From Octopus sinensis (taxonomy: Eukaryota): a stretch of 64,000 nt of DNA. The stretch spans positions 99,014,001-99,078,000 of the forward strand of contig NC_043000.1 in NCBI RefSeq assembly GCF_006345805.1. The letters are read 5' to 3'. The first letter of the stretch is position 1. Every line of letters starts with the position of its first letter. A program made the position numbers and the translations under genes. The notes beneath the pieces are model-generated. The model worked only from the letters and a program-made list of their open reading frames with translations, was not told the origin of the DNA and did no database searches. Positions 40,134-52,678 of this stretch are shown here, in pieces.

Positions 40134-40180
40134 TGTCAAAATATTTTCGTCGCTTTAAGACCGCGACCTGTTCACTGACA
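40134..40180 (-). ncRNA. Minimal hammerhead-like motif with G3-C8 core
   Basis: TGTCA-GTGAACA-G-GTCGC GGTCTTAAA GCGAC-GAA-AATATT-T-TGACA. Confidence 0.5.
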
Positions 40181-40223
40181 TATATATATATATATATATA
40201 AAATGTTATATGTTAATTTCATG

Positions 40224-40298
40224 GCACGGATGCTGATGAGGATTCGCCTAGCAAATTATTTTATTTGCTAAAGAAATCTGAAACCTAGGTATAAACGT
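40224..40298 (+). ncRNA. Type I hammerhead motif with extended stem II
   Basis: CTGATGA (40233-39); GGATT/AATCT stem with inner TAGCAAAT/ATTTGCTA hairpin; GAA; palindromic ACCTAGGT; GTA triplet; stem I partly mismatched. Confidence 0.6.
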
Positions 40299-40898
40299 AA
40301 AAATAACAAGGTAAAAGTTTTTATTTTTCATCCCCTTCGAAAATTGCTCTAAAATGTGGTTTTGGTCGTTTTGACTGCTTCGTCTAGCGTGTCAAAATAT
40401 TACCCATGAAAGGTAGTTTTCTCTTGTGTTTAAATGTAGACTATTATATATATATATATGTATATATATATATACGGGGTGGATGTAAGTATGTGTGTGT
40501 GTAAGCGCTATTTTAGTAAGTTACAGGCAAAATTTCAACCAACGTGAATTTTATAATAAATCTAGCTCTACTCTCAGTAGTTTTGAATCCTCTTATCAGT
40601 AAATATTCTGCTGTTATCCTTAAACTCTTTTAAAAATATTAACTTTTAATGTGTATGTTTGTGTATATGCATATATGTATGCGTGTATACTTTTATGCAT
40701 ATATACGTACATATATGATGCGTATGCGTGTGTGCGTTTCTAAATATGTGTGTTTGTATACTTGTTTATCAAAGCTTTAGTCAAATAGAAGGCTTTTTGT
40801 TTTATCTAGACATTGACTGGAGACAAAACATTTGGTAAACCGAAGAGCGGAAAATGAAAAATATTCGTACAGATGGCTGTATTTTGTTTCTGCATGTT

Positions 40899-40932
<34 letters not shown>

Positions 40933-42279
40933 CACACGTGTGTGTGCTTGTGTGTGTTTGTATGTGTGCATGTGTGTGTGCGCGCATGTGTGTATTTGTG
41001 TGGGCGTGGGTGTATGTTTGTATATGTGTGTGTGTACGTGTGTGCGCGTGCCTGTGTGTGTGAGAGTCTTTTACACTAAATAATTGAATAAGCTAACAGC
41101 CCACTCCTTGATAGTGTGTGTTGTCTGTCCAAATTATGAGTTATGGAACATCACAGTAATAGTCATGGCGGATTGAATGAACAAATTATATTGACATATG
41201 ATATGGTTTCGTGATTAACTCGTAGGTCGATTTAATGGCACCATCTACAAACCAACGACAGAGCTACTGCTCAGTCGTTCGACGTGCAAGAAATAGCGGC
41301 CAAATCTCCCTTAAAACACGCTCCATCTCTATAAATAAGGAAATAACATGTAGATATAATGTAGTTTTAGACTTTTAAAAGAACAGGGTGACCATGCATT
41401 AAATCCCTTTTGGAAAATCACAGTTGAGCTAGGAGAAAACAACGATGACGACAAGATCAAGAGCAACAACCGCAACAATAACATCAGCAAAAATACCATA
41501 CTGACTTTCAATACATCTTCCGTTTTAACTCTATATGATAGTATAGAACAATCTAATTTTTGCTTCCAAAGAAGTGATTACTAAGTGTGCTTCACCCTGT
41601 TAGACCTCATCACCAGAGGATAGTTTCAACACGTTTGCATGTCAGAAATTACATTTATAAATACGGAAAAGGAATTTAGATATATTTTTGGTTAAGATTA
41701 ATTATTTATATGATAAAGAGCTAGAGGAAAACATTCCAGAATGCGGTTGGTATGAATTTGGAACCTTAAATTAAAGGGTCTTAGATTGAATGCCGTTCAC
41801 GATATATTTTTGATTTGAAGACATTTTCTTCTGAGCGAGAGACAATAGACAAACACTTGTGGGCAGATGTTAACATCGCTGTCGCGTGCCTTTCGTGGAT
41901 TTTACTCTTTTGTAAGAATTCAGCTCATACCTCACTGCTTATTGTGTTTTTCCCTAAATAGAATGAGAGGTAGTCATCTGTATAGATGCCACGAGTTTGG
42001 TAGGAACTACGCTTGTAAACCTCACGCAGAGTAACGTAACTCTGTTCTCCGATCTATCATCTTAAACAAAGGGTCGACTGATTTAACTTTCACTGATTTT
42101 GTCAACCAAATTATAAGAAAGACCTTTGCTGAATTGTGTGTTGAACCAACTTTTATCGCTCTGAGTTTCATAAATATGTACGTGTGTGATATGATGATAT
42201 CAACGCAATCGATAATACATTTATATGAATAATAATTTATATGGAAAATGGCTAACTAATTGTTTTCTTTTGTCTCTAG

Positions 42280-42393
42280 GCGGTCTGTGGTGCAATCGAA
42301 CTTGGGACGGCATTATGTGTTGGGATGACACTCCTGCATCAACAACAGAAAGACAATCATGTCCTCAATATATTCATGGTTTTAAAACATCTA
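42280..42393 (+). CDS. Class B1 (secretin-family) GPCR exon, hormone-binding ectodomain part 1
   Basis: Pyrimidine-rich acceptor ...tgtctctag|GC GGT CTG TGG TGC AAT CGA ACT TGG GAC GGC; translates GLWCNRTWDGIMCWDDTPASTTERQSCPQYIHGFKTS (C-x3-WDG-x2-CW...CP signature); donor A|gtaagt; 114 nt, phase 1 at both ends. Confidence 0.96.
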
Positions 42394-42432
42394 GTAAGTA
42401 GCAACCGAACAATTTTCTAAAATCTACGTATA

Positions 42433-42463
<31 letters not shown>

Positions 42464-42469
42464 ATTCTT

Positions 42470-42634
42470 TTGTTTCAATCATCTGACTGCGGCAATGCTG
42501 AAGCACCGCCTTCAGTCGAAGAAATCGACCCCAGGACTTATTCTTTTGTAAGACGAGTATTTATTCTATCGGTTTCTTTTGCAGAACCACTAAGTTACGG
42601 GGACAAACTCAGACAGGCAGACAGACAGACAGAT

Positions 42635-42665
<31 letters not shown>

Positions 42666-42862
42666 CATATATTAATATATATATATATATATATATGCAA
42701 TAGGCTTCTTTCAGTTTCCGTTTACTAAATCCACTCACAAGGCTTTGTTCGGCCCGAATCTATGGTAGAAGACTCTATGGTAGAAGGTGCCACGCAGTTG
42801 GACTGAGCCTAGGACTATGTGATTGGAAAGCAAACTTCTTACCACACAGCCACACCAGCACC
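42470..42862 (-). mobile_element. SINE family A in GPCR intron
   Basis: 3' module at 42470-42605 and head at 42698-42862, in reverse complement. Confidence 0.88.
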
Positions 42863-42985
42863 TATATATATATATATATATTTACAAGCATATATGCATA
42901 CATACATACAAACACCCATACACACACACATACACACACACACACACACACATATATATATCTATATACATACATACGCATATAC

Positions 42986-43131
42986 GACAGGCTTCTTTCA
43001 GTTTCTCTCAGCCAAAGCTATTCACAAGGCTTTGGTCAACCCGGGTTTAAAGTAGATGACACTGCCTAAGGCATCAGTTGAACTGAACCCAGAACCATGT
43101 GGTTGGGAAGCAAACTTCTTACGATACAGCC
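42986..43131 (-). mobile_element. SINE family A head, second copy
   Basis: acgacaggcttctttcagtttc...cacaaggctttggtc...ctgaacccagaaccatgtggttgggaagcaaacttctt. Confidence 0.85.
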
Positions 43132-46100
43132 CATAGCAGCAGCAGAGTAATTACTAGGTATCGATTCTTTGTGTAAGGAAAGGCAGCATATAAAAAAGTG
43201 AAAAATTGCTTCTATTAAGAGATTTAAAACCTTATGTTTATACAATTAAGTTTAAATTTCCTCGAGATATCTTATGTCTTCTCTATGCATATCTATGGAC
43301 TCCGAACATAGATTCCCTGTGAAGATATGAAGGTCAACGGAATCGAGCCTGGCACTAAGTAAATGAGGTCGGAAACGAACTCGGGGCTCACCGATCATAT
43401 TCATCCCTTAGAGAACTTGAACACGCAACAAATAGAAGAAAATTAGTGGTTGCCGACCTTCAGTCAATGCAGATAGGGATATTCATTCATTCATTCATTC
43501 ATTTACTCATTCAATGATAAACAATGTAACATTTGTCAGTGTGTATTAGATTACACATCACAGTAATGGGTAAAATTTGAATTGATTACCGTTAGATTGC
43601 CTTACATGCTTGGAAGACGTTATCGTTGTGTCGATATATCGACATTTGCATCTGTGTCTCGATACAATTGTACGTCGATTACGTGTGGAATAAGAGTTAA
43701 TTAATCAATAGGTTAACTGACGATGTTTATTAATTATAACATCGATAATCAGTATCCTTTTACTGGTCAATGTCTTGAATTTGTGGTCAACATATGGAAT
43801 TCTAAAACAAATCAGTCCAAAATATGTATCATAGTGTAAGATCAATGCTCCATCGTAACCAGCGTCAGTACTATAAAAGTGGCTTGTAGTGTAGAATGAT
43901 AAACAAATGCAGCTGTCTTAAATGTTAGACCTGTTTAAAATTGCATCCAAATCTTAAAAAAGGAAGGATTAATTGGATACTATGGCTGTGAAGAAAAAGC
44001 ATAGGATATTCAAAACTAGGGCATCTTTGATCGTAGAACTGCTAAGTCAGCATAGATGAGAGGCTAAACATTTACAGCAACAATTGAGAGAATGACATTA
44101 AACCAAATTCTTCAGTTGTGCTTCTACAATTTTATGACGCAATGTCAACCATATTCATAAACACGCTGGTATACCTAGATTTATATGAACTCACAACACT
44201 AGATTTCGCAAACAAATTACACTAAATTCATCAGTTTGTTTTAATCTTTGATCAAATAATTTCCATTAAAGTGGCATCATTGATTTTTTTTACATTGGCA
44301 CATGGCTACAAGGAAAAAGAATAATTTAAATACACCACGCGAACTTTGCAGTATCAAATCTAGAAGGTCCAATAGCAATGTAGTTTTTGGTCAGATTTGA
44401 ACGAAAAACGTAAAGGGGCGTAATCAAATTCTATGAAATATCTGACGCTTCAACTGTTTTATCATTAACATTCCTCGACATACTTATAACAAGGTTTTCT
44501 AATACATGCACAAAGCTACAAAGCGGTAGAGAGATTTAATAAATCCTTACTATATGGTCGGTACTTTATTTTTAACTATCGCGCAAAGATGAACGATAAA
44601 CTTCATGGTGGTGGAATTTAAATGCGAAAAGTAAAGGTAAAGTAAAAATAACACAAGGCATTCCATCTAATATAATAAATGATACAGTAGTTAGCATATT
44701 ATACAGAATATAGTAATATAATCCTATAAGATTAGAAGGTAACGACTGATCCTATACCAGGTCGTTGCCGAATGACGCTCAAATCAAATTACCCTCGTCT
44801 GAAACAGGAAAAGATGCATCAGAAAATGTACTAGATAATCAAAGATGGAACACTCTCAATCATAAGTTTGCTCAATGAAAGTTTACCTGGGGCTAAATAA
44901 CATTAATAACTATTACATCAGAAAAGTTACTACTAAGCGTTCTCAAGAACCTATACTGTATTATTCTCTCTTTTTTCGACAAAGAAAAGAATCATTTGTT
45001 TAATGCTTTCTGCTAATATCCAGGATGAACAACACAGTAGATCACTGATAGAATGTGTTCTGAAACAACAAGTAAAGCACTATTCTAAATTATGCTATTA
45101 AGAAAAAAATGATTGTTATTAGCATTCAGAAGATAAGTGTTGTTTATAAAGATAAGAACGTTTATGCAACAATACTGTTTTAAATTTTTTTGTTCTTGGT
45201 TTTGTTACCGCTAATATAAACACTGAAAAGGAATTTCTCGCCACGACATAGATATGACAGTCACAGAGTTCATAGGCTGATTGGGCCAAAGATAACACAT
45301 TAAACGGCTGGAGGGAAGAAATAGTACGCAAAACTGAGTTATAATGCAAACAACAAGCTCCCTGTTAGGCAAGCCGGTGACGTAGTTTCGATTCAATTTA
45401 CCGTCAGTAAATTTTCTTAAAAAGTTATTGCTGTTTAGGTACATCTGAACTCTGATCTATGAGATATATCTACAGACGTTAACCCTTGACTATTGTGTGC
45501 TGTTTTTTTTAAGCTTAGTGTACTGGGTTATATAATCTAAAGTTTTCCTCTGTGTGTAAAATAATAAAATGTCTTTCGAAAGAAATTTAGTTGGTATTTC
45601 TAACAGTTTTGTCGACTGGTTAGGGGCTCCTTTGTATGTTGCTGCTAATAGTTTTTAAAAAATTAATGAACATCACACAATCTCATCACATTTACCGCTT
45701 CCTATAAATGGACATGAAGTCGACATTGTTAATATTCTGCTGGAAAAGTTACGAGCTGATGACTGCCAGGAAAAAATGCAGGGCAGAATTTCTAAACGGC
45801 TTGGTTAGGAAGGACTGGATGCAGAAGTTAATAAAGGGGCTAAGATAAATGAGGACACAATATGGCGGGCGAGGATGAAAGACGGGTAAGTTGTGTATCC
45901 AGGATAAATGTGACATAAAGCCAGAAATTTCCTTGGAGCAGACTCCCGCTATAGATAAGATATTGTGTTGTGTGTGATGCAATGTAAAATTCACTTGTCT
46001 CCTTTATCAGACTGACACATTATAGCTTACAGACCAAAAATAGGAGAATATGGGAATCTATGCTGAACCTTAAAATATTCTAAAAGATAAAATTGATTCA

Positions 46101-46204
46101 AAAGTCATCTCCTTACCAAAGAATTTTAAAGCAAGACAATATTTAGAGAAAAGTTGCATATGTATACATCAACAAAATGTAATATAATTGCTTTACAACA
46201 GAGA

Positions 46205-46256
<52 letters not shown>

Positions 46257-46257
46257 G

Positions 46258-46592
46258 TTCCAAATTTTGTGGGAGAGGACGAGTCGAATACAACGACTCA
46301 TCCGCTAAGCATTTCGTCCGGGTACTAAAGAATCTGTCAGCTCACCGCCTTAGTAATAATAATTATAATAATAGTTTCAACTTTTGCCACAAGGGCAGCC
46401 ATTTTGGGGGAGGGGATTTGTCAATCATACCGACCTCATTGTTTCAATGGTACTTAATTTATCGACCCCGAAAGGATGAAAGGCAAAGCCGACCTCGACG
46501 GATTTCGAACTCAGAACGTGAATACAGATGAGATGTGCTAAGTCTTTCGCCCAGCTTGCTAACAATTCTGCCAGCTCGCCGTCTTCTTCTTC

Positions 46593-46674
<82 letters not shown>

Positions 46675-47075
46675 TAATAATAATAATAATAATAATAACA
46701 ACAATAATAATAATAATAATAATCATTTCTACGAAAGGCACCAGAGCTTGAAATGTCTTGGGAGAGGACTAGTCGACTACATCGACTCCAGTACTCCATC
46801 GGTATTTAATTTATCAGCCCCGAAAGGATGAAAGGCAAAGTTGAAGTCTGAAAGTAGCGACGGGCGAAATACCTATTTCTTTATTACCCACAAGGGGCTA
46901 AACATAGAGGGGACAAACAAGGACAGACATAGGTATTAAGTCGATTACATCGACCCCAGTGCGTAACTGGTACTTAATTTATCGACCCCGAAAGGATGAA
47001 AGGCAAAGTCGACCTCGGCGGAATTTGAACTTATTTCGTCCAGCGTGCTAACCATTCTGCCAGCTCACCGCCTAA
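46258..47075 (-). mobile_element. Cluster of about four SINE family B copies or fragments separated by (AAT)n
   Basis: Core atcgaccccgaaaggatgaaaggcaaag recurs at ~46460, ~46815 and ~46980; ccagctc.ccg.ct heads at ~46340, ~46570 and ~47065. Confidence 0.88.
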
Positions 47076-47523
47076 TAATAATGATTAGTATTAATAAGAA
47101 GGATAGTAATAATAACTTATTACATAGGTGAAAGCCAGAGTAATAATGATAATAGTTTTTTTTAAATTTTTAACAATAAAATTAATAATAGATTCTGACG
47201 TAGGCACACTGCGTAATAAATATAGTCGATTAGGCAGACAACGTGATTAGTACTTATTTTATCGAACACAGAATAATGAAGTGCAAAATCTGCCTCAGTG
47301 ACTTAGGAGGGGCCTATAAATCGATTATATTGCTAGATTGCTACTATATTTCAACGACACAGGAAGGCTGGAAAGTAAAGTAAATCTTGAAAAATCAACG
47401 CAACTAAATACTGCGAGGTATTGTGTCCGATGCTCCACTAATTCTAGCAAATACAAATAATCCCTAGAGCATTATGTTTTATGTTCTGTTATCGGTGGTA
47501 TATATATATATTTTTTCTTCTAG

Positions 47524-47636
47524 GTTTTGCTGTCAAAACCTGCACTGAAGAAGGCGTATGGTACTTCAATTCCAAGATTAACAAAACCTGGACCGATTAC
47601 TCTTCTTGTGTTCAGGAATTTTCCAGTAATTTTCAG
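47524..47636 (+). CDS. Class B1 GPCR exon, ectodomain part 2
   Basis: ttttttcttctag|GT TTT GCT...TTT CAG|gtacgt; (S)FAVKTCTEEGVWYFNSKINKTWTDYSSCVQEFSSNFQ matches the K-x-C-x3-G-x-W...W-T-D/N-Y-S-x-C motif; phase joins exactly to the previous and next exons. Confidence 0.95.
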
Positions 47637-48385
47637 GTACGTAAATAACGCGCGTCTCAAATGAGATTTAATTGGTTTTACATAATATTCCGCCATCTGG
47701 TCGCGCACACTCGGAATTTTCAAATCTTTCGTTGGTTAAAAACATCCATAATAGAGGTTTGTAGTAATAAAATTTGGAAACGTTAGTCAATGGCTTACTC
47801 TTTCACCGAGCCTGCACATTCATTATGCTACTTTCTATAGCTTCCTCTGTTTCGCTAAGTCAGGTGGCTCTTGGGAGTTAAGCCTTGCCAAAGAGAAGTT
47901 CTTGTTTAGCCCATAGTATTTACATATTCACCGCTAAACTATATATCTAAATGTAATTCTCATATCCGCCCTCGGAGATTAACCGAGTAGGAATTTTCTC
48001 TTGCAATCTACCTACTGTCTGCTTAACGCTACAATATTGATATCCAAACCAGCCCATACAACTGTGTAATGAAATAGCCAAATATATCAAACTCAGTTTG
48101 TGAGGTTGCTATCCTTGATAATTGCTTTATCATCCAGCCCTCGATACATGAGCTGTAAAGCCGGACTCAGATTTGAAATTAGAAAGTAAGTTGTACATCT
48201 AAATATATATCCGCCCCACCACTACCACCATATATTTGACTATCACTGCTCACCCAAAGATTCTTTTAGGGTGCTACAACGTTATTCTTTACCTAACCTG
48301 AAGAAATCAGGAGCCTAATCTCCTAACCATAAAGTCAAGCACCTTCTTTTATGTGTACTTGCGTGTGTTTGTATGTGTGTGTGTG

Positions 48386-48417
<32 letters not shown>

Positions 48418-48912
48418 TGCGTGTGTGTGTTAGTGTGTGTGTGTGTGTGCCTCTGTGTGTGTGTGTGTGTGTAGGCTGTAATTCTAATTGGCAGTGCTAA
48501 ACTTTTACACATTCTGCCCCTTGAACTCTGGTTTAAGGTTACGTCAAGATTACATAGCAACATACTCCATGTGAAATACTTAACAACATACGCATTTCAA
48601 ATTTAATATATCAGTACTTGCGGAAATCGAAGAGCTATAGTATTATTCAAGTAGACGGAATATTAACATTTACTTTTCTCATGTATTCTGTAAATGGATA
48701 TTTATTTATAGCAATTTAAATAGAAGAAACATATTCAAAATGGATTTCGGGAACATAAATGATAACCAATTTAGCTGTAAATATATATTTGGTTTTTCCT
48801 CTAAACATACGGAAATAAGAAAGTAATTATAACAGAAATATTAAAAGGAAGGCGAGTGACAAAGCCTTGATTGGTTTCATATTTCATTATTTTGAATCTG
48901 TTACCGTTTCAG

Positions 48913-49007
48913 GACCATCTTGATCGTGTCAATTCCATAACAACATTTGGTTATGGTGCTTCACTTGTATCTCTGAGTGCGGCCATCATAATAATGATTT
49001 CCTGTAG
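48913..49007 (+). CDS. Class B1 GPCR exon, TM1
   Basis: tttcag|GAC CAT...TGT AG|gtgagt; DHLDRVNSITTFGYGASLVSLSAAIIIMISC(R), with the typical TM1 GY-x-x-S-L motif. Confidence 0.95.
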
Positions 49008-49365
49008 GTGAGTATACATTTCTTATGTATGTACAAGTGAATGGCTATATATCTATACATCGCTAAATTTTATCATAAGAATTTAGAATCGGTTTGGTTT
49101 TTTTGGCTCTAAAACTCTTAAAAACAGACCTAAAGAGCTGATATTTTCATGTTGTAGCTTAGACACAGAGCTTTCAAAAAGGTATAGCATGCCAAGATCA
49201 GATGATTGTCAAGGTGTACGCAAGTAATTAAATGAACAACTGAAATTAAACATTAGTTTTTCAGTCAACATACACTTTATTTATTGTACAAAATGTATTA
49301 AACGAATCATAGGTATCATGCCAAGATCCGATAATGATCAAGGTGCAATGCTTTGGCTGGGCCTT

Positions 49366-50816
49366 CTATATCACTCCGACGTGATGCTGGTTGCCCTTCA
49401 TAAACATCAGTCTCTCAAGGTTACCATCTGACAGGGTGGCTCTCTTGGCCCTCAAATTTCTTTGCCTATAGAAAATAGGCGCTGAGCTGCAGCATTGGAT
49501 GGGATGGCGGTGTTATACTTGGTGAACAGGTCGATCAAGACCTGCTCACCCAAAAAGGCGACTTCAGTCAGGATCTCCTTCTAGACGGCCTCCAACCAGG
49601 TCTTCACCAAGTTCTGTGCCTTGAACCTCAGTGACCTGTGGCTCCTACTCTCCCGGAACCGAGTCATGCTGCTGAAGAAATCATCTTCCTCATCCTCGTT
49701 GCTGGTGGGTATGCTGCGCTCCTCATTGGTCTCCATTAGGGCTGTCTCTACGACAGTCTTCATCTGCTAACCTGGCTTTTATTTTACTGATCCAGCCAGA
49801 ACAGGCGAAACTTTGAGTGGAAAGCTGTGGCTAGCTGGCACTTCAGGTCTTCTAGTAGGACCCCAAACCGTTTCGTGAAGCCTGCCAGTATCGCGTCTAC
49901 CAGAGAACTACAGTACAGGAGATGTTTAAACAGGGCTTCCCTCAACTTCATGCCGGTGGCCGCTACAGTTGGCAGAAGGCTCCAGAAATAGGTTTGGTCC
50001 TCCCGCTGGATTTTATCCAAGGCCTTGGCAACATTAGACATCACCTGGGCGTACTCCGTTAGGAAGCCGACATCAGAATGAGTGAAGGTTTGCAGCTTCA
50101 GCTGTGTCATCACCCTGTGGACAGCTCCTCTATTCTTCTCCAGCAGGTTATTGAGGACAATAGCATCATAGGTAGAATTCCATACTGTTGGGGACCTCTA
50201 GCTTCCTCTTCAACGCGTCCAGAAGGCTGACTGCTGCCACCTTGCCGCGGCTCTGCAGATTCCACAACCGCTGTGCCTTGTACATGGCCTTCCTGTAGGC
50301 CGACTTGAACGAAGCGCTGTCAAGAGCCTTGGTGGCATCCACGCTGGCTACCAAATTGAACATATGGGCTGCGCACTTCATGTTAACTGGCAGGTTGAGG
50401 CTCAGGCTGCTGGACTCGTTAAGGATGGCATCAGCAGAGATGTACTCAACTTCGTCCACATCCCAAGCCTCAAGATCTACATCCAGGTCCACATCATCGA
50501 CGCTTTCCATATTCGGATCGGCAGCATCCCCAGAAATGTCTGGCAAGAGTTCAACTTCTGTACCAAACTGCATAAATGCCTTGACAAACTTTTTGCCGTT
50601 GTTCGTCGTGGTACTGGTCGCCTTGTCTTGCAGATGGAAATTGTAATGGGTGGCCACCATGGCTTGGGCGAGAACATTAAAGGTGTGATGTCCTCTGAGC
50701 CAAGAGCAGGCCAGGTCTTAGAGTCCAGCCAGCGTGCTGTCCTCTCCAAGCAGGACCTGTTGTGAACCAACCAGCAATCCGCTGTGGTCAGCACCCAGGG
50801 GATATTCTTGAGCAAT
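49366..50816 (-). pseudogene. hAT-superfamily transposase pseudogene (catalytic, insertion and dimerisation domains), antisense in GPCR intron
   Basis: TTADCW; TTTNNGKKFVKAF; CAAHMFNL (CxxH); frameshifted WNSTYD; FLTEY; YNTAIPSNAAAQRLFS...LSDGNLERLMFMK (hATC); several frameshifts and stops. Confidence 0.92.
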
Positions 50817-50901
50817 CTGTAATTTTAAAATGTTAAATTGTAAAGAGAAATAAGTTGTAAAGTGAAAAATCAAAACTATATATATGTGTGTGTGTGTGTA
50901 G

Positions 50902-51087
50902 TATAAGTTAGAACAAACAGTAAAAAGTTGTCATTATAGACCTTGGAATCTCGAATGTCCGAGTAGTGTCACTGTTTTCAAAAGTTTGAAAACAAGGCCT
51001 CTGCTTCACCCAGTGTGGCCCTTCGCTCCGACTTTCGAAACTCCGAGGTCTATAATGACAACCTTTTACTATTTGTTCTAAATTATA
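50902..51087. mobile_element. MITE with ~54-bp imperfect terminal inverted repeats, TA ends
   Basis: tataagttagaacaaacagtaaaaagttgtcattatagaccttggaatctcgaa versus ttcgaaactccgaggtctataatgacaaccttttactatttgttctaaattata. Confidence 0.85.
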
Positions 51088-51174
51088 ACATATATAACTA
51101 ATCCTCCATTTTTCTAATATCGAGGTCTCATTCATTTGTTGTTACGTTTTATTATTATTATTATTATTATTGAA

Positions 51175-51430
51175 TGAGAGAGCAGTGCATGACATCGAAG
51201 TGACACTGGGGTAAAATATTCGAAGCCCAGTATACCCATCATGACTACCCGTCTGATAAGGGTACACTAGGCACATGCATCACAACCATATGTGCGCGAC
51301 ATGGTGATCATCAAGATAAACAGCACATGACATTGCAGGTGGGGCCCAGTTAGAATTTTTTTCTGTCGAGTTACCCATCCCGCTCAAAAGGTCCCTGAAT
51401 AAGGGTTGTTTAAGGATGTTGAACGAAACC
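51175..51430 (-). repeat. Dispersed repeat homologous to 32930-33105
   Basis: catcgaagtgacactggggtaaaata...acccatcatgactac...catcacaaccatatgtgcgcgac...tcaagataaacagcacatgac.ttgcaggtg. Confidence 0.8.
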
Positions 51431-51821
51431 CCCATGTTTCCAGAGATGAATCATTGTGTGTGTGTGGGGTGGTGGTGTAGGCGTAATGTGCGTACCTGTG
51501 TGTATGTGCGTGCGTGTGATTGTATGTGCGTGCTTACGTGCGTGTGTGCGTGTATGTGCGTGTGTGTTTGTGCCCATGTGTGTATAATGGTGTGCGTGTG
51601 TGTATGTGTATTGTGTGTTGGAGGTATATGTGCGAACCTGTGCTAGTGTGTGTGTGTGTATGTACGTGTGTATAAGTGTGAGTGCGTGTATTATGTGCGT
51701 ATGTATGTGTGTGTGTATATGTGCGTGTGCGTGTATGTGCGTTCGTGTGTATATGTGTGTGTGGTTGTGTGTATGTTTACATGTGTGTGTGTCTAAAGGT
51801 ATGTGTATATATATATATGTA

Positions 51822-51852
<31 letters not shown>

Positions 51853-52640
51853 GGTATGTAGAAAAATACAACATGGACAAGAACGTATAACTCTTAGAAG
51901 ACGACACAATAAACACGGACAGGACACTCGAAACCCTCAGTCATCAGTCAAGAACCGGATCATCGTAGTAATTTCGGCTGATTAATCTTGAGATTACTAG
52001 ATCACGGCCAGCCCTCCAAGAAAAACTAAGCAACGAGCATTAGAAAAACTAAGCTGGAAGCGTAGATTTCCTGGAAGAAGGATCGAATGCATACGAACAC
52101 CAGGACAGCAAAAGGGACAGATATAAAAAAAACAAAAAACAATAATGGAATACAGAAACATGAAATACAGAAGCATTAACGGTGAAAACAACAAGTGTCT
52201 TACGACTGATAACAAGCAAACAAATTTTTTCTCTGGCGCATTGGAAGAAGCCTTTATAGCGGCGGACGAAAAACAACGATGTTAACACGACGAGGGTCAG
52301 GAGCTGAAAGGCAGATTTCGGCCAACAGTCACGTGACAGAGAAGAGGGAAAAGAAAAGAAAGAGAAGCAAAGGAAGAGAGAGAGAGAGGAGGGACAAACG
52401 CAACAAAGAGAGAGAAGAGAGAGAAAGAAGGAATCAGAGAGGAGAAGGGATGGGTGTCGAAGAATGACCTGTGAGTGCAGAGCGAGACAAAGAAATAGGA
52501 GGGTAGTGGAAGACTAGACCAAAGAATCAGAGGAAAGAGAAGAGAAAAAGAGGATGAGTAGAGAGAAAAGAGAGAGAGGGGGACAGATCAAGTAAAAATG
52601 AGAGAGAGAGAGACAAACAGAGAGTCGTACCAATTATTAA

Positions 52641-52678
<38 letters not shown>

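Noticed and set aside
46205-47100. Regularly spaced repeats that might resemble a CRISPR array
   Set aside because: Eukaryotic SINE copies separated by microsatellites; no constant repeat-spacer geometry and no cas genes.
50305-50765. + strand ORFs of 113 and 133 aa
   Set aside because: Antisense shadows of the GC-rich hAT coding sequence.
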